IMG/VR virus record: IMGVR_UViG_3300012940_000008
Location: 1-47,723 of that record
Length of the DNA: 47,723 bases
Strand: one strand, 5' to 3'
Source of the DNA: a virus
Taxonomy: Duplodnaviria; Caudoviricetes
This document shows, one piece after another, positions 36,197 through 44,885 of the stretch. Below the pieces are notes generated by a model, which ran no database searches, was not told the DNA's origin, and worked only from the letters and a program-made list of their open reading frames with translations. The translations under genes and the position numbers were made by a program. Position 1 is the stretch's first letter, and every line of letters begins with the position of its first letter.

Positions 36197-36268
36197 CCTC
36201 GAGCTCGAAGGGAGTCCGCCCCCTCGAGCTCCACGGAGTCCCCCCGTCCGGTTATCCCCGGGGGATCT

Positions 36269-36299
36269 GGCCCTCGCCGTCCGCGGCGGGGGCCTTTTT
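36269..36299 (+). terminator. Rho-independent terminator
   Basis: ggccctcgccg-tccg-cggcgggggcc stem-loop followed by T5. Confidence 0.8.
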
Positions 36300-36354
36300 C
36301 GTTCCTGGCGTCCGCCGCCGGACGGGCCGCCTCGAGGAGCTCCCGGGAGAAATT

Positions 36355-36407
36355 GTGCGCCGGAGGACGCACTAGGCTTGACGGGGGGCCTCCGCGTGGC
36401 GTACAAC
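36355..36407 (+). promoter_or_regulatory. Operator plus promoter for helicase operon
   Basis: GTGCGCC-N4-GACGCAC at 36355-36372 just upstream of TTGACG-N18-TACAAC. Confidence 0.65.
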
Positions 36408-36459
36408 GTTCGGGCAGTAAACGAGAGCGAAAGCGATAGCGAAACAGAAGGAGAGAGCG

Positions 36460-36849
36460 ATGGCAGACAAAACGCCCATGGAGGAGCTCGTCGAAAAGCG
36501 GGCCGCCCGGCTCCGCCTCGAGAAGAGGCTGGATCTCCTCCTGGAAGACTTCCTGGAGCTCGAGGACCACGAGCTCGCCGACGAGCTCGAGCGCGAGGGC
36601 GCCGCCCTCCGGGAGCTCGAGGGTCGGCTCGAGAGCCTCCTCGCCGTCCTGGACCCCTGGGAGCTCCGCCGCTACAACCGCGCCGCCGACGAGGCGGAGG
36701 GCGGGGGCGAGCTCCGTCCCGCCGCGGACGCCTTCTTCGAGCGTTTCCGCGCCGAGCTGGGCGTCGTCACCGTCCGGGACGCCCACAACCTGTGGGAGCT
36801 CGAGAAGGCGGCGGACGAGCTCGAGAAGGTGATCGGGAAGCTCCCGTAA
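36460..36849 (+). CDS. Hypothetical acidic helical protein
   Basis: RBS AAGGAG; 129 aa. Confidence 0.7.
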   Translation: MADKTPMEELVEKRAARLRLEKRLDLLLEDFLELEDHELADELEREGAALRELEGRLESLLAVLDPWELRRYNRAADEAEGGGELRPAADAFFERFRAELGVVTVRDAHNLWELEKAADELEKVIGKLP

Positions 36850-36850
36850 C

Positions 36851-38725
36851 ATGCCCTCCGCCCTCGATATGATGCTTGCCCTCCGGGGCAAGACGCGGGC
36901 CGATTTCCACCCCGCGAGCAAGGTCGGGAAGCTCCTCCGGGCCCAGGGCGTCCAGCGGACGCCGGAGCTCGAGCGGATCGTCTCCCTCCCTCGCCGCCGG
37001 TGGCAGGACGAGGACCTCGCCGAGCTCTCCGAGCTCCTCGAGAGCGTCCTCCGGCTCCCGGGGTCGACGATGCGCCTCCGCCCGATCCAGGCGGTGACGC
37101 TCCGCGACGCCTTCGATTTCGGGGGCTGCCTGGGCCCGATCCGCGTCGGGGGCGGGAAGACGCTCGTTAGCTTCCTGGCGCCCTCCGTCCTCGAGGTCTC
37201 CCGCGCCCTCCTCGTCGTCCCGGCGAAGCTCCGGGAGAAGACGCGGCGGGAATTCGCCAAGCTCGCCCGGGAATGGGTCTCTCCGCCCCGCCTCGAGCTC
37301 GTCTCCTACGAAGAGCTGGGCCGCACCCGCGGTGCCCAGCTCCTCGAGGAGCTCGAGCCGGAGCTGGTGATCCTGGACGAAGCGCAGAAGGTGAAGAATC
37401 CCCGGGCCGCGGTGACGAAGCGCCTCGCCCGCCACTTCGAGGCCCACCCGGAGACGCGGTGCATCGCCCTCTCCGGGACGATCACCCAGCGGAGCCTCCG
37501 GGATTTCGCCCACATCGCCGCGTGGTGCCTCCCCCGGGCGAACCCCGTCCCCCAGGTCTACAACGTCCTCACCGAATGGGCCCAGGCGGTCGACGAGAAG
37601 CTCCCGCCGGAGGCGACCCGTCTCCGCCCGGGCGCCCTCGAGGTCCTCTACAACGAAGAGGAGAGGGCCCTCGCCGCCACCTCGAGCCAGGACCCGAACG
37701 AAGTCGAGGAGGCCCAGCTCGCCGCGGTCCGCCGGGCCTTCCGCCGTCGCCTCGTCGAGACGCCGGGCGTCGTCGCCACCGAAGACGGGCGGGGCTCCCT
37801 CCCGCCGCTGATCCTCGAGGCCCTCGAGGCGCCGGAGCGCCCCGCGGAGATCGAGCGGGCCTTCGCGGGCCTCCGGGACCGCTTCGAGCTCCCGGACGGT
37901 CAGCTCGTCGTCTCCCCCGCGGACGCATGGCGTCACGCCCGGGAGCTCGCCCTGGGCTTCTACTACCGCTGGAAGGTCCCCGGGCCGCCGGATTGGATGG
38001 AGGCCCGCCGCCGCTGGGGCGTCGCCGTCCGCCACGTCCTCGCCCACAACCGGCGGGGCCTCGATTCGGAGGCGCCGGTCGCCGCCGCCGCCGCGGCTGG
38101 GGACCTCGACGAGACCTTCGTCACCGACAACGGGATGCGGGTCCTCGCCGAGCCGGTCGGCGAGGTCTACCGCGCCTGGGCGGAGATCCGCCCGACCTTC
38201 GTCCCGGAGACGGAGGCGGTTTGGCTGGACGATTCGATCCTCGAGCTCGTCGCCCGGTGGATGGAGGAGGCCCCCGGGATCGTGTTCTGTGATCTCGTCG
38301 CCTTCGCCGCGGAGCTCTCCCGGCGGACGGGCCGCCCGTACCACCGCCAGGGCGGGCGGGACGCGACGGGCGTCCTCCTGGACGCCGCGGCGCCGGAGGC
38401 CGGATCGGTCGTCGCCTCCCTCCATTCCTCCGTCGAGGGCTGGAACCTCCAAGCGTGGAGCCGGGCCCTCGTCGTCTCCGCCCCGCCGAAGGGCGACGTG
38501 TGGGAGCAACTCCTGGGCCGCCTCCATCGGGACGGCCAGGAGGCGGAAGAAGTCACGTTTTCGGTCCTCGTCGCCTGCCGGGAGCACGTCCGCGGCTTCG
38601 CCCAGGCGGTCGACGATGCCCGCTACATTCAGGACGCCATCGGCCAGGAGCAAAAGCTCTGCTACGCCGACCGCCTGATCCCTCCCCCGGAAGAGCTGGC
38701 GTCTCGTCCGGGGTCCATGTGGTGA
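36851..38725 (+). CDS. Superfamily 2 (SNF2-like) helicase
   Basis: VGGGKT, ILDEAQ, LSGT, EGWNLQ and EQLLGRLHRDGQ motifs. Confidence 0.9.
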   Translation: MPSALDMMLALRGKTRADFHPASKVGKLLRAQGVQRTPELERIVSLPRRRWQDEDLAELSELLESVLRLPGSTMRLRPIQAVTLRDAFDFGGCLGPIRVGGGKTLVSFLAPSVLEVSRALLVVPAKLREKTRREFAKLAREWVSPPRLELVSYEELGRTRGAQLLEELEPELVILDEAQKVKNPRAAVTKRLARHFEAHPETRCIALSGTITQRSLRDFAHIAAWCLPRANPVPQVYNVLTEWAQAVDEKLPPEATRLRPGALEVLYNEEERALAATSSQDPNEVEEAQLAAVRRAFRRRLVETPGVVATEDGRGSLPPLILEALEAPERPAEIERAFAGLRDRFELPDGQLVVSPADAWRHARELALGFYYRWKVPGPPDWMEARRRWGVAVRHVLAHNRRGLDSEAPVAAAAAAGDLDETFVTDNGMRVLAEPVGEVYRAWAEIRPTFVPETEAVWLDDSILELVARWMEEAPGIVFCDLVAFAAELSRRTGRPYHRQGGRDATGVLLDAAAPEAGSVVASLHSSVEGWNLQAWSRALVVSAPPKGDVWEQLLGRLHRDGQEAEEVTFSVLVACREHVRGFAQAVDDARYIQDAIGQEQKLCYADRLIPPPEELASRPGSMW

Positions 38726-38759
38726 ACGAGCGCAAGAGCGCGAGAAAGAGAGCGAGAAA

Positions 38760-39251
38760 ATGGGTCTGTTTTCGGGAGTCGGTCAGGCGAAGGTGACGCA
38801 GGGCGGGATCTACTTCGAGCCGGGGAACTACCTCGTCGAGATCCAGCGGGTTTGCGCCATCCGGAGCCAGAAGGATCGCAAGGACTATTTCATCGTCGAG
38901 GCGAAGATCCTCGAGTCGGATTGCCCGACCCGGAAGCCCGGGACCGTCGCCTCCCAGGCAATCGACATTTCCAACGTCATGGGGCCGGTCAACATCAAGG
39001 CCTTCCTCGCCGCCGCCATGGGCATCGACCCCGCCGATCAGGACGCGGTGGAGGAGGCCCTGGGCGTCGAGCTGGACGCCCGCGGCAAGGTGGCGAAGGA
39101 CAAGGGGGAGGAGGCCGCCGAATACGCCACCTCCGAGGAGAATCCCCTCGAGGGCCTGAAGCTCCGCCTCAACTGCGCGGAGATCCGCACGCAGAAGGGA
39201 AACCCCTTCACGAAGCACAACTGGAGGCCCCTCGAGGAAGCCGCCGCCTAG
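38760..39251 (+). CDS. Putative single-stranded DNA-binding protein
   Basis: 163 aa beta-rich protein between helicase and polymerase; function inferred from position and composition only. Confidence 0.5.
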   Translation: MGLFSGVGQAKVTQGGIYFEPGNYLVEIQRVCAIRSQKDRKDYFIVEAKILESDCPTRKPGTVASQAIDISNVMGPVNIKAFLAAAMGIDPADQDAVEEALGVELDARGKVAKDKGEEAAEYATSEENPLEGLKLRLNCAEIRTQKGNPFTKHNWRPLEEAAA

Positions 39252-39266
39252 TCGACGCTTCACCGG

Positions 39267-39302
39267 AGCCCCCGGAGGCCGCCGCGCCGCCGGGGGCTTT
39301 TT
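39267..39302 (+). terminator. Rho-independent terminator
   Basis: agcccccgg...ccgggggct stem followed by T-run. Confidence 0.7.
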
Positions 39303-39325
39303 CCCGCCTCGAGGAGCTCCGTCCG

Positions 39326-41464
39326 ATGGAAAACCTACCCGCCCCTACCGTGGCCCCCCATGTGGCCTTCGATTGGGAGACCTTCCTCATGCGCCCGGGC
39401 CTCCTGGCCCCGCCGCCGGTGTGTCTCACCTGGGGGACGGAGGCCGATCACCGGATCGCCCATGCCCGGGACCTCTCCGCCTACGACGTGGCCTCCGCCC
39501 TCGAGCTCGAGGGGGAGAAGCGGATCGTCGGCGCCCACCTCGCCTTCGATCTCGCCGTCGCTTGCGCCCGGTGGCCGGAGCTCGTCGAGCCGGTCTTCGC
39601 CGCCTACGAGGCCGGGCGATGCCGGGACGTGCTGATCGATCAGAAGCTCGTCGACAACGCCCACGGTCGGCTGGGTGGGTTCAAGCGGTCGGATGGCGTC
39701 TTCGTCGAGTATCGCTACTCCCTCGCCGACGTGGAGCGCCGGGTCCTCGAGCGGGACCGCTCCGCGGAGAAGAAGGGGACCGACGCTTGGCGCGTGCGCT
39801 ATGCCGAGCTCTTCGCCGTCCCGCTCGAGCTGTGGCCCCCCGACGCCCGCCGCTACGCCCTCGAGGATACGGAGGGCGCCTCCGCGGTCTACACCCGCCA
39901 GGAGGAGGCCTACTCCGCCGTCCTCGTCGACGCCCCGCGGCAGGCCTACGCCTCCTGGGCCCTCTACCTGATCACCTGCTGGGGCCTCCGGACGGACCCG
40001 GACAACATCGAGGTCTTCCGCCGGGAGGTGGAGGACGAATTTCACCGCTGCCGGAAGCTCCTCGTCGAAGCGGGGCTGGTCCGCGACGGGATCAACCCGA
40101 AGACCGGGCGCCCCTTCCCGAAGAGCCAGCAAGGGAGCCGGGACACGAAGGCGGCCCAGGCCCGCATGGCGGCGGTCATGGCGGCCCAGGGGAAGCGCCC
40201 GAAAATGACGGACGGCGGGGAGAAGAGCGAGCCGCAGATCTCCCTCGACGCGGACGCTTGCGCCGATTCCGGGGACGAGATCCTCGAGGCCTACGCCGAG
40301 CTCTCGAGCATCGGGAGCGTCGTCAAAGACCATATCCCCGCGCTTCTCCGGGGCGTCGAGGCGCCGATCCAGCCTGATTTCAACTCGCCGCTTGAAACCG
40401 GGCGGACGAGCTGCAAGGGACCCGACACGGGCCGAAACAAGCCGCGGACGTGGTGCCCGAAGCAAGGCCTCGAGTGCATCGCCGTCGACGCGGAGCGCCG
40501 ATGGTGTATCCGTTGCGGCGAGCTCCTCCCGAAGTCCTACGGCTTCCAGGTCCAGAATCCGCGGAAGAAGGGCCCCCTCCGGGAATGCTTCGTCGCCCGC
40601 CCGGGGATGGTCTACGTCGACGCGGACTATACGGGCCTCGAGCTCTGCACGGTCGCCCAGGTCTGCATCCTGGCGGTCGGCTTCTCCGAGCTGGGGAACG
40701 CTCTCAACGGGGGGCTGGACGCCCACCTCGCCCTCGCCGCGGAGCTCCTGGGGATCTCCTACGAGGAGGCGAAATATCGGAGGGGCCAGGGCGACAAAGA
40801 GGTCGGGAACGCGAGGCAGACGGCGAAGGTCGCCAACTTCGGATTCCCCGGGGGCCTGGGCGTCGACGGCTTCCTCGCCTTCGCAAAAGCGCAATACGGG
40901 GTCGTCCTCTCCTACGAAGAGGCCGCCGCCCTGAAAGCGGGTTGGAAGCGCCGCTGGCCCGAATTCGACGCCTATTTCGATTGGATCAAGGGGCTGGGGG
41001 AGCCGATCCACCTCGTCCAGTTTTTCACCGGGCGGGAGCGGGGGATGTGCTCCTTCACCCAGGCCGCCAACGGCTTTTTCCAGGCTCTAGGCGCGGACGT
41101 GGCGAAGCGCGGTCTCTGCGCCGTCTCCCGGGCCTGCTACGCCGACCGGAGCTCCGTCCTCTTCGGGACCCGCCCGGTCAACTTCATCCACGACCAGATC
41201 GTCGCCGAGACGAAGGAGGAGAGGGAGCACGCCCACCGCGCCGCCTTCGAGCTGGCCCGGATCATGGTCGACGCGGGGAACGAGCTCCTCCCGGACGTGC
41301 CGGTCCGGTGCGTCCCCGCCCTCTCGAAGCATTGGACAAAGGACGCCGCCGCCGTCTTCGACGCCCCTCCCGCGGACGGCGGGCTCCTCGTCCCCTGGGA
41401 TCTCGCCCACGCGGGACGCTGGAAGGTCTGGAACGAGGACGGGGAGATCGTGAAATGGAAGTGA
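39326..41464 (+). CDS. DNA polymerase, family A, with 3'-5' exonuclease
   Basis: Exo FDWET, HLAFD, YALED; ETGRTS; motif A DADYTGLEL; motif B RQTAKVANFG; motif C FIHDQ. Confidence 0.92.
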   Translation: MENLPAPTVAPHVAFDWETFLMRPGLLAPPPVCLTWGTEADHRIAHARDLSAYDVASALELEGEKRIVGAHLAFDLAVACARWPELVEPVFAAYEAGRCRDVLIDQKLVDNAHGRLGGFKRSDGVFVEYRYSLADVERRVLERDRSAEKKGTDAWRVRYAELFAVPLELWPPDARRYALEDTEGASAVYTRQEEAYSAVLVDAPRQAYASWALYLITCWGLRTDPDNIEVFRREVEDEFHRCRKLLVEAGLVRDGINPKTGRPFPKSQQGSRDTKAAQARMAAVMAAQGKRPKMTDGGEKSEPQISLDADACADSGDEILEAYAELSSIGSVVKDHIPALLRGVEAPIQPDFNSPLETGRTSCKGPDTGRNKPRTWCPKQGLECIAVDAERRWCIRCGELLPKSYGFQVQNPRKKGPLRECFVARPGMVYVDADYTGLELCTVAQVCILAVGFSELGNALNGGLDAHLALAAELLGISYEEAKYRRGQGDKEVGNARQTAKVANFGFPGGLGVDGFLAFAKAQYGVVLSYEEAAALKAGWKRRWPEFDAYFDWIKGLGEPIHLVQFFTGRERGMCSFTQAANGFFQALGADVAKRGLCAVSRACYADRSSVLFGTRPVNFIHDQIVAETKEEREHAHRAAFELARIMVDAGNELLPDVPVRCVPALSKHWTKDAAAVFDAPPADGGLLVPWDLAHAGRWKVWNEDGEIVKWK

Positions 41465-41931
41465 TCCACAAGCTGATGGCAATCGACCCGGGGACGAAGG
41501 CGACGGGCTGGGCTCTCTTCCGCCTGCAGCGCCTCGTCGCCGCTGGGCTCTACCGGGGGAAGCACGCCGCCGAGACCATCGGCCAGATCCAGGCCGCCCC
41601 GATCTACGACCTCGACGTGCTGATCGTCGAGCGCCCCCAGGTCTACGACCGCCACCGGACGAAGGGCGACCCCAACGCCCTGATCCCCCTCGCCATGATC
41701 GGCGGGGCCGCGGCGGGCGTGCATGGGTGGGCGGAGCTCCGGGCCCCGCACCCGAACGAATGGAAGGGGGCGATCTCGAAGGAGATCCACCACCCCCGCA
41801 TCCTCGCCGAGCTCCGCCCGGAGGAGCTCGCCGTTGTGGAGGCGATGAAGGGCGTCCCCGCCTCCCTCCGCCACAACGTCCTCGACGCCATCGGCCTGGG
41901 CCTGTGGGGCCTGGGAAGGAGCCCGCGATGA
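41455..41931 (+). CDS. RuvC-like Holliday junction resolvase
   Basis: AIDPG...TGWA, IVE.P, P.EWK and HN..DAIG.G motifs. Confidence 0.8.
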   Translation: MEVIHKLMAIDPGTKATGWALFRLQRLVAAGLYRGKHAAETIGQIQAAPIYDLDVLIVERPQVYDRHRTKGDPNALIPLAMIGGAAAGVHGWAELRAPHPNEWKGAISKEIHHPRILAELRPEELAVVEAMKGVPASLRHNVLDAIGLGLWGLGRSPR

Positions 41932-42692
41932 AGTGTCCCGCCTGCCATTCTCTCACCGTCAACGCCCGGACCGGCGAGTGTTCCACCTGCTACGGATCGA
42001 ACGGGGTCGACCTCGAGGCCCGCCGCCGCGAGTCCCAGGCGATCCGGGATCGGCTCCTCGAGGGCTTCGGCGAGGTCCCCCGGGTCTACTCCGGGCGGGT
42101 CTGCGGGGCGTGCGAGGGGCGCCGGACCGTCTACGGGGAGCGGTGCGAAAACTGCGACGGGACGGGCCGCCATCCGAAGGAGCCCGCCGCCGCGGCGAAC
42201 GAGGCGCCGAAGAAGCCGGGCGTCTTCGCTGGCCTCGAGCTCCTCCGCTCCTCCTTCGAGGAGCCGACCGGCGAGGAGCTCCGGCGCCTCGAGCTCGAGG
42301 CCGCGGCGGACGAGCTCGCCCAGCTCCGCGCCGAGGGCGAGACGATCCTGGTCCTCGTCGAGAGCCCCTTCGCCGGGAAAAACCGGGACGAGCTCGAGCG
42401 GAACCAGCTCTACCTCCGCGCCGCCCTCCGCGATTGCCTCGAGCGTGGAGAAGCCCCCTTCGCCTCCCATGGGCTCTACACGCTCCCGGGCGTCCTGGAC
42501 GACACGAAGCCCGACGAGCGGCGGAAGGGGATCGAGGCGGGGCTGGCCTGGGGCCGCCGCGCCCACCTCTCCGCGGTCTACGTCGACCTGGGGATCTCCC
42601 CCGGGATGATGGAGGGGATCGCCAGGGCGGAGAAGGAAGGCCGCCCGGTGGAGCGCCGATCCCTCCTCGAATGGGCCCGCCGCCTCGCCTGA
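41928..42692 (+). CDS. Zn-ribbon protein fused to nucleoside-deoxyribosyltransferase-like (DUF4406-like) domain
   Basis: CPAC, CSTC, CGAC, CENCDGTG; C-terminal VESPFAG...EAPFASH.LY...LDD...ER..G...G..W...VY.D.GIS.GM. Confidence 0.7.
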   Translation: MKCPACHSLTVNARTGECSTCYGSNGVDLEARRRESQAIRDRLLEGFGEVPRVYSGRVCGACEGRRTVYGERCENCDGTGRHPKEPAAAANEAPKKPGVFAGLELLRSSFEEPTGEELRRLELEAAADELAQLRAEGETILVLVESPFAGKNRDELERNQLYLRAALRDCLERGEAPFASHGLYTLPGVLDDTKPDERRKGIEAGLAWGRRAHLSAVYVDLGISPGMMEGIARAEKEGRPVERRSLLEWARRLA

Positions 42693-42718
42693 TTTCGGAC
42701 AATCGGACCGATCACCCC

Positions 42719-42747
42719 TTGTGCTCCGGGCGGAGCCTCGTTAGGCT
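42719..42747 (+). promoter_or_regulatory. Promoter with degenerate operator
   Basis: TTGTGC-N17-TAGGCT; GTGCTCC-N4-GGAGCCT at 42721-42738. Confidence 0.6.
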
Positions 42748-42780
42748 CCCCCGGTTTTCGTTGCTCGAAAGGAGCCTGCC

Positions 42781-43872
42781 GTGAACGTGAAGAAGGAGAG
42801 GGCGCCGGAGGTGTGCGCCGCCCTCCGCTGCAAAGACGAGCCGAGCCATACCGTCCCGGGCCTGTGCTGGGATGGCGTCCCGGAGGACGAGCGGGTCCAC
42901 CTCTGCCCGCGTCACGCGGAGGTCGCCCGGGTCGATTTCGGTCTGGACGAGGTTCCGGGCTCCCTCCGCCCGCTCCGCGGGAGCATCCCCGCCGACGAGG
43001 CCGCGGAGCTGATCGCCCAGGGGACGAAGGGTTGCGGGGGCGACGCTTGCGGGCTGCCCTGTACCCGCTGCGGGTCCGAATACGGGGGGAGGTGCTCCGT
43101 CCCCGATTGCGACGGCGAGCGCCGTTGCGAGTGTCCCCCGGGCAACGGCGAGGACGAGATCGTCAATCGCGCCGTCGCCGCCAACTTCGGCGAGGCCCAC
43201 AAGCCGAAGGAGGAGCCGAAGGGGAACGCCCTCGACGAGCTCCCCGCGGAGGCCCTCGCCGTCGTCGAGGAGACGACGGGGGAGACGCCGATGGGCGTCC
43301 CCGCCGCCGAGCTCGCCCAGGAGGCGGAGGAGGCCCGCGGCGCCCTCGAGGCCGCCCGGGAAATGCAGATCGAGACCCAGGACGATCTCGAATTCGCCGC
43401 CACCGTCCTGGGCGAGACGAAGAAGAAGGCGAAGGAGCTCGAGGCCCGGCTGAAGGAGATCACCGCGCCGCTTCGGGCCGCGGAAAAGAGCGTCCGCGAT
43501 CTCTTCCGCCCCGCCCTCGATTTCTACGGGACGCTGGAGAAGGAGCTCAAAGCCCGGATCGGCGAGGTGAAGCTCCGCCAGGAGGAGGAGAATCGCCGGG
43601 CGATGGAGGCCGCCGCCGCGGCCCATGCCGCGGGCGACGCCGCCGGGACCTCCCAGGCCCTCGCCACCGTCAAGAATCTGGCGAGCGTCAAGGGTGTGGG
43701 CGCCCGTCTCGCCTGGGATTTCGAGATCGAGGACGAGAGCCAGCTCCCCCGGGACTACCTGATGCCCAACGTCCGGGCGATCTCCGACGCGGCGAAGGGC
43801 GTCGAGACGCCCCCGGCGATCCCGGGCGTCCGCTGGTTCCAGAAGCCTATTGTCTCCGCCCGGTCTTCGTAG
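42781..43872 (+). CDS. Cys-rich N-terminus plus coiled-coil protein (Gam/Gp157-like C-terminus)
   Basis: RBS AAGGAG; many Cys/His; coiled coil; WDFEI.D...LPR.YL.P...IPGV motif common in phage recombination-region proteins. Confidence 0.65.
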   Translation: MNVKKERAPEVCAALRCKDEPSHTVPGLCWDGVPEDERVHLCPRHAEVARVDFGLDEVPGSLRPLRGSIPADEAAELIAQGTKGCGGDACGLPCTRCGSEYGGRCSVPDCDGERRCECPPGNGEDEIVNRAVAANFGEAHKPKEEPKGNALDELPAEALAVVEETTGETPMGVPAAELAQEAEEARGALEAAREMQIETQDDLEFAATVLGETKKKAKELEARLKEITAPLRAAEKSVRDLFRPALDFYGTLEKELKARIGEVKLRQEEENRRAMEAAAAAHAAGDAAGTSQALATVKNLASVKGVGARLAWDFEIEDESQLPRDYLMPNVRAISDAAKGVETPPAIPGVRWFQKPIVSARSS

Positions 43873-43921
43873 GACACTCGAGGCGGGTTGTCCCTGGCAG
43901 GCGGCCCTCCTTTCGTGCGGG

Positions 43922-43952
43922 GCCCCCGGAGCGATCCTCCGGGGGCTTTTTT
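43922..43952 (+). terminator. Rho-independent terminator
   Basis: gcccccgga-N7-tccgggggc followed by T6. Confidence 0.85.
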
Positions 43953-43966
43953 ATTTGGGAGCGAAC

Positions 43967-44368
43967 ATGCGAGCCGTCCTCTCCGTCCTGGCCTTCCTGT
44001 GGGCCCTGCCGATCACCGCCGCGGGCTTCCTCCTCGCCGTCCTGGGAGGATGCCGCCTCCTGGGGCTCCGGGAGGGTGCCCTCGATTTCCTCGCCCCGCG
44101 CCGCGGCCCCTGGGCGTGGTTTTTCGCCCGCCGCTGGGCCGCTGTGAACCTGGGCGACGTGATCGTCTACGGGACGCCCGAAGAGGCCGCGGACCCGGTG
44201 ACGCGGGCCCACGAAAGGGAGCACCAGCGGCAGGTCCGCCGCCTGGGTCTCCTCCACCTCGTCCTCTACTTCGTGATCTGCCCCCTGGCGTGCTGGGCCT
44301 ACGGGGTCGGGGTCTACCGGGATCAACCGGCGGAGCTCGCCGCCCGCCGCGCCGCGGGCCAGGAGTAG
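43967..44368 (+). CDS. Membrane protein with HExxH metallopeptidase-like motif
   Basis: N-terminal hydrophobic helix; A.NLG.VI, AHEREH.RQ, then second hydrophobic helix and distal E..A. Confidence 0.7.
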   Translation: MRAVLSVLAFLWALPITAAGFLLAVLGGCRLLGLREGALDFLAPRRGPWAWFFARRWAAVNLGDVIVYGTPEEAADPVTRAHEREHQRQVRRLGLLHLVLYFVICPLACWAYGVGVYRDQPAELAARRAAGQE

Positions 44369-44390
44369 AGCTCCTCGAGCTCGAGAAAGA

Positions 44391-44429
44391 CGAAGGGCCC
44401 GGCTCTCTCGAGTCGGGCCCTTCGCTTTT
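44391..44429. terminator. Terminator between convergent arms (probably bidirectional)
   Basis: cgaagggcccggctc-tctc-gagtcgggcccttcg hairpin with flanking T/A runs. Confidence 0.8.
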
Positions 44430-44459
44430 CCGGTGGGGGGTGTACCGGCGCCGGAGAGT

Positions 44460-44885
44460 CTACTGCAGGACGAGGGCGAGAATCAACGCGACGACCGCTC
44501 CGCCCCCGGCGCCGACCGCTCCCCAGGTCCAGCGGTCGCCGCGGGCCTCGAGGAGCTCGAGCTGGGTCTCCGACCGCTCCCGGCTCTCCCTGGCGAGGGC
44601 GTCGGCGAGGCGGGCGGCGGAGGCCTCCGCCTCGAGGTGGAGGGCCTTCGTCTCCTCGAGGGCCTGGGTCCGTAGCTCGAGCTCCTGATCGGCGAGCTCG
44701 AGCCGCTCGAGGAGCTTCGGGCGGGTCTCGAGCGCCTCGAGGGCCTTCCGGGAGGTCTCGAGGTCCAGCCAGATCCCCTTCTCGCCGGTCGACGGATGGA
44801 GGAGGAGCGTCGGCGGGGACGCCGCCAGGGCCGCGGAGGGCGTCAGGAGAGACGCCAGGACGACGAGGGAGAGGAGCCGGGTCAT
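44460..44885 (-). CDS. Spanin-like protein (signal peptide, coiled coil, C-terminal TM)
   Basis: ATGA coupling; MTRLLSLVVLASLLTPSAALA; Leu/Glu coiled coil; C-terminal GAVVALILALVLQ; last gene of lysis cassette. Confidence 0.6.
   Translation of the reverse strand: MTRLLSLVVLASLLTPSAALAASPPTLLLHPSTGEKGIWLDLETSRKALEALETRPKLLERLELADQELELRTQALEETKALHLEAEASAARLADALARESRERSETQLELLEARGDRWTWGAVGAGGGAVVALILALVLQ

Noticed and set aside
36197-36460. tRNA or structured ncRNA in this and other intergenic gaps (14306-14377, 46080-46176)
   Set aside because: No cloverleaf or T-loop signature; hairpins are adequately explained as terminators or attenuators.
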